Positions 59,301 to 64,000 of a stretch of 64,000 nt of DNA are shown piece after piece. Every line of letters begins with the position of its first letter. The first letter of the stretch is position 1. A model generated the notes under the pieces. That model was not told the DNA's origin. It saw only the letters and a list, made by a program, of their open reading frames with translations, and did no database searches. A program made the position numbers and the translations under genes. The DNA is from Iphione sp. A-MEVVRFRX5 (taxonomy: Eukaryota), in the NCBI GenBank assembly GCA_976226885.1, contig OZ320323.1, forward strand, positions 39,060,001 through 39,124,000, in the 5' to 3' direction.

Positions 59301-61385
59301 TCCAAAGACCTTTCTGGAGGGATGCTTCCAGAACCTTCCATTTACGCTTTGAAAAACACTTCTTCCAAACTGGAGGTGTTCCAGAATGCTACACTTATCC
59401 TATGGTGGGGATAAATTGTCCTGTACTACTAGTTAAGTGAAGTTGCTCTCTTCTGGTTCCTGCTGGAGATAATTCCTCTTTAGCCAGAGAGACCTCAGTC
59501 CCAGTGTTTATCAAAGAGTTTACCTTCTAATTGCTTATCCTTGCTGTAAATATAGTCCAGTACCTGCAACCACGCCCTACTTGATTGTCTTGGCCAGTTG
59601 CTGTGTTCCCGTCTTTTGGGTGCTATCTTCTCAACTTCGTCAGACAGTGCTATTCTGAGTCACAGTGCCAACACACAAATTTGCCTTCTGGCCCTTGTTT
59701 CAATGCTTCTTTTCCTGCCCTGGCAAAAGAGTCTTCTCTCCTTTTATGTTCTCTCCCTTTACTCTTGTTGTGCTGCTGAGCCTTTTGTGCTGTCAACTTC
59801 TGTTCATATTCTTCCTTTAAAACCTTAAATTGCTCTGCCACTGACTCTCTAATCTAAACAGCACGAATTTTCTTCTGTTTGGCATACCATTTCTCCATCT
59901 CCATAACTCATTGCTGGAATGAAGCCACACTGAAAGAATCTCAAGTTTCCCTGTTTACATTGGGGTATGCCCTACGCATTAATCATCCAACATCTTGGTA
60001 TGATGCAGAGTGGCTAGTTCCTGTATGGCTTGGACTTTCCCTCACCCTTTCCTAAATCAGTCTAGCAGGGTGAGGATGTGCTGCTGGAACATAGAGGTCT
60101 CCACAGATGTCAGGTCACTGTAGAATGATCAAGCTACCCCTGTCAAAGACAATACCAACATGCTTTTTTTGGTCTCTTCATCTAACTGAGAATGCCAGCC
60201 TTCCCAATCCACTCTTACATCATAGCATTCTGGCTTGACCAGCTCGAAATGAGAGTGAGGCATTGGTTCTTTCTGAATAGATTTTTCGATGAGCTGGAAG
60301 GTTTCTTGTGGAGACATATCTATTTGGGTACCAACCGACCGTGTTGCAACTTCTGCATGTATTCACCAAATTCCTGCATCATCCAATTCCAGTCAGAGTC
60401 AGACTGTAATGTGAGCCAGTCTCAGATGAGGATGTCTGCCATCCAAGAATGAACAAAGTCCACATAAGAATATCTGGTTTACTCCAAATAAAGGACTTCT
60501 GCTGGGTGTGACTCTCTCAAAGTGCACTGCAGAATATCTGCTTTATTCAGAAAAACATGGACCTCATACATCAAAGTCTTGCTCTAAACTTAGCCGCAAA
60601 GACGGATGATATAACTGATATACATCATTCGATGTAATCTAATATGTGTGCAATTGGTTTAATGGTACAGCTATTTACACCTAACCGGATTAATCCTATT
60701 ATATGTGTATAAATTAAAACATACTGATGGTTATCAATGATACTCAGGTTTAGCACATGTAAAACTGTTGTAAACACAACAGAGTTGCAGTCTACTTGAC
60801 AGTAAAATTTCTGTACCCAATTGAAACTGAACCTCTGTGATTGTATAAATTCATACAGAGTGACAATTATCGGGATTAAGCATAGGAAACGTACATTGTG
60901 AATACAAGAATAATTAGATGGTGGTAGCAGTATGGATATGAGCAAGGGTAAAATTATTCATAATTGGAATTGTTCCCATAATGGTTATGTTCAGTATACT
61001 TTCAAAATGAGCAATTGTAGTGTAGAAAGGGAACAATGTAACAAAGTCATATCATCTTCATTATGTTCACACTAATTAATAACTACCCTCTAAGTTAGAC
61101 CAGCAATAGCACTGGATGTGACGTACTCAAGTGATATAATTGTCCAGGGTAAATAAGTAATTTATAAAAAAAAAGGCAATAGCACAAATCACCTTATGAG
61201 AAGGGTTGCAAACTTTACATGTTACCTGACTGACCTTATAATGTCATCTTAAACATAATCAGACTTACCTTTTCATACATGTTATCAACAGCTAACTCAG
61301 TGTACATGGCAGTATGATCCTCTTGTGAGACAAGCTTGCATGCATATATTTGGGACTGAATCTCCTTACATTTTTCTATATCCAT
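53373..61385 (-). CDS. METTL27: METTL27/WBSCR27-like methyltransferase, copy 2 (5 coding exons, 217 aa)
   Basis: Exons 61385-61269, 58129-58007 (ILDVGAGTG), 56862-56727, 54916-54824 and 53557-53373. Exon lengths are identical to copy 1 (117, 123, 136, 93, 185 nt), splice sites are intact and the frame is open. Confidence 0.8.
58900..60610 (-). mobile_element. Degenerate Gypsy element in intron 1 of methyltransferase copy 2
   Basis: gag DWEGWHSQL...KKSMLVLSLTGVA, LMRRAYP, zinc knuckle CWHCDSE.H; pol-like LQAKDGILYRTW. Confidence 0.7.
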
Positions 61386-64000
61386 AATTCTCTTGAAAAA
61401 GAATCAAAATGTATCCCACGTTAACTTATGATGATGAAGGTTCGTCATACCAGAGCCAATTAGGTTTGACAGCATAAGATCCTCAACGGGATATGATATA
61501 AAGGTGAACTGATGACCAGAGCTCTTCACATAAGGGACTATCAGCCTGAGAATCAGTCAGTAAAATAGTAACATTCGACCTCAAAATCTTTACACTGTAG
61601 TGACATGGTGACCTGGGAATGCTCAAGAAATCAAGCTGGTGACCTCCACATTGTCTGTACCATCGTAATTTTGTTACTGCTGGAACACACCTAAAAGTCC
61701 ATGGTTTTTCCTGACCTTAAAATCTTTACATGCTTAAATTCGCCTTTAAGAGCAAAATTCTTTCAAATCTCACTATTTTCCTGTGTGCATGCTTTAATAA
61801 GATAAACTAAATAATGAGATTACAGATTTTTTTAGCAGAAAATTTTAAAGAACAGTTACAATTGTCATGTTGCTGCCAATCTTTGAGCATGGTGTCAATG
61901 TACTGAAGCAAAATAACTCAGTGGCATTTAGTAGGCTCTCCAGACTGTATAAGGCTGAATTTCCTTAGATGCATGTTTCTATGGCCATACTGCTGTGGTT
62001 GTTTTGAGAAGCATGCTTCATACCAAGACGGTTTCCTGAGGTGCAAGTAACATGTAGTGTGTTTTCATCGGCATGATGCCATGTTTTTGGATTGGGAAGG
62101 TTACAAATTTTTATGGCTGTGTGTGTTTTGCAAAGCAGTATCCTTATGGAAAAGGATTGAATCCACAAATCCATACACCTTTTGATCGGTTTTGCCATTT
62201 TGTCAACTAAACTTGCATGACTTTCGCTTATTTTCAGTCCAAATTACATGAGGTTGACTGTTTCCAGAAGAATTCGTAAGCAATTTGCTCTTTTGGGGGC
62301 CAAATTTACCTGAATTTGCCATTTTCATCTGCTTTTCAGCTGAATTTGCATGAGTTTTGCTGTTCTTCAGCCACATTTGCATGAATTTCGCCTTTTTTCT
62401 ACTCAGATAGTAGTTCATAAATTAGTTGGAGTAATTGTTTGACGAGGCTAAGCCCTTTCCTCTCTGATAGCTACGGAGTCAGTGTTCCTGCCAGCTTTTT
62501 GCTAGAGACCATATAGCCTTTTTTGTTGTGGTTGTAGCTATGGTGACAACTGCTTCCTGTCTTATTCAGGTATCACTGCAGTGTCTCCCTTCATGAATGC
62601 AATAAAGGCTTAATGTTTTGTTACCTATGACACGGTTTCAACGGTTGTCTCATCAGGCTTTGAATTTGGGGTGATAATGTGTGGAGTATATATGGGGAGC
62701 ATAGAGGTTTTGCTTATAGCATTATTTGTTTAGAAAAAAACACATAATGGTTGGAGGTAATAGGAGGAGCCAGGGGTGCCTGCAAGTAGCCAAATGGTAC
62801 ACTCTGCTAGGAATGAAGGATATGACAATAATTCAATACATATATGGGGATCTTCCTTTTTTAGGAGAGGAGTGTTTGATCCTGTAGGGAGAATTAGAGA
62901 AAGATGATGTGCTATGGGGCTGTTAGGCATCGTCTGACAGCCCAGCCCCATCCTGCTGAACTACAAACCCATAAAAAATCACTGGCCACGTTACTCGTAG
63001 ACAATCAGAAGGTAGCACAGCAATCATCTTTCATGTGTATAGAAATACTACTTCATAGAATTAGTACTTTATGTATTACAAGACTCGGGTAAATGTGTGC
63101 CTGTTAAGCATCATTTGTTGATGACACCCTGCCAAATTGTGCCAATAAGAATGAGGGAACAACAGACCTAGTTACAATGAGAAATATCATGCCCAAAGGG
63201 AAAAAGTATCCTTTCTGTATATAATAACATCACATACCATTGCATTGTTTGTATTTTGTGTAAATGATGAATTGAAGATAATATAACAAAGGATTACATG
63301 ATGCCACAAGTACACACATGAATTAACATTTTTCTTTAAGTGCACCTTTCTCTGTTCACACTTTATTCATGACTTCACTCATGACTCCAACAGCTCCATC
63401 AACGGTCCACAAAAAGCATAAAACATTGCTCGGTGCTACCAGTTGATCCCATTGTCTCTAAGATATGTATGAGGGAGTAAAAGGTATTGGTGAGGGGTTA
63501 GGGATAGGGATGGAAGGATGGAGTTGAGGGGTGAAGGGTAGCAGGTGAGACAAATGGGAGGGTGGGGTTGAGGCAGCAGGAGGTTTGGGTGAGGATGTAG
63601 AGGTTAGGGTTGAATTCTATGGGAGGTCTAAGGGGTAACCGGGTGGGGGTGAGAAGAATGTCCTGATTAGAGGTGGCCAACACTATTAGGATTTGACAAT
63701 GTACTGCCCACATAAGTTGTCCCTCTCTCAGCAGGAACACTCTTTGCTATCCAATTCTTGGTACAACAGTGTCGTGCTTCACGGGAGACTTAATTTCATA
63801 AGAATAGGTCTATTTTCAACATTAGCCAGAGACTGATTTGCTACTAACACTACACTATACTCTGTGCTGCATAGTTAAAGAAAGTCTGCCTTTTCTCTGC
63901 ATGCTTACACAGGCATAGAGACATTATACATTATGTAGATGTAACATTCAGTCACTGATATATATGGGCATTCGTTATATTTACCTATGGTAAAGATGTA

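Overview
Intron-rich, AT-rich animal (invertebrate-like) genomic DNA. Host genes that can be reconstructed exon by exon: a 7-exon FUT10-like (GT10 family) gene on + (3955-9514) and two tandem, intact 5-exon METTL27/WBSCR27-like methyltransferase paralogues on - (12565-39060 and 53373-61385). The rest is largely transposon-derived: CR1/L2-group LINEs, Gypsy remnants, a Tx1/L1 3' fragment, MITEs, a tRNA-derived element, Penelope-like hammerhead motifs and minisatellites. The standout is a pair of divergent, near full-length LINEs (A: about 28685-35265; B: 44286-49531). Both share an unusual three-ORF layout: ORF1 ending in a NADAR (YbiA-like) domain, a separate SGNH-esterase-like ORF, a tandem-repeat spacer, then the usual APE endonuclease-RT ORF2. 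All domain calls come from reading motifs by eye; no database search was run.
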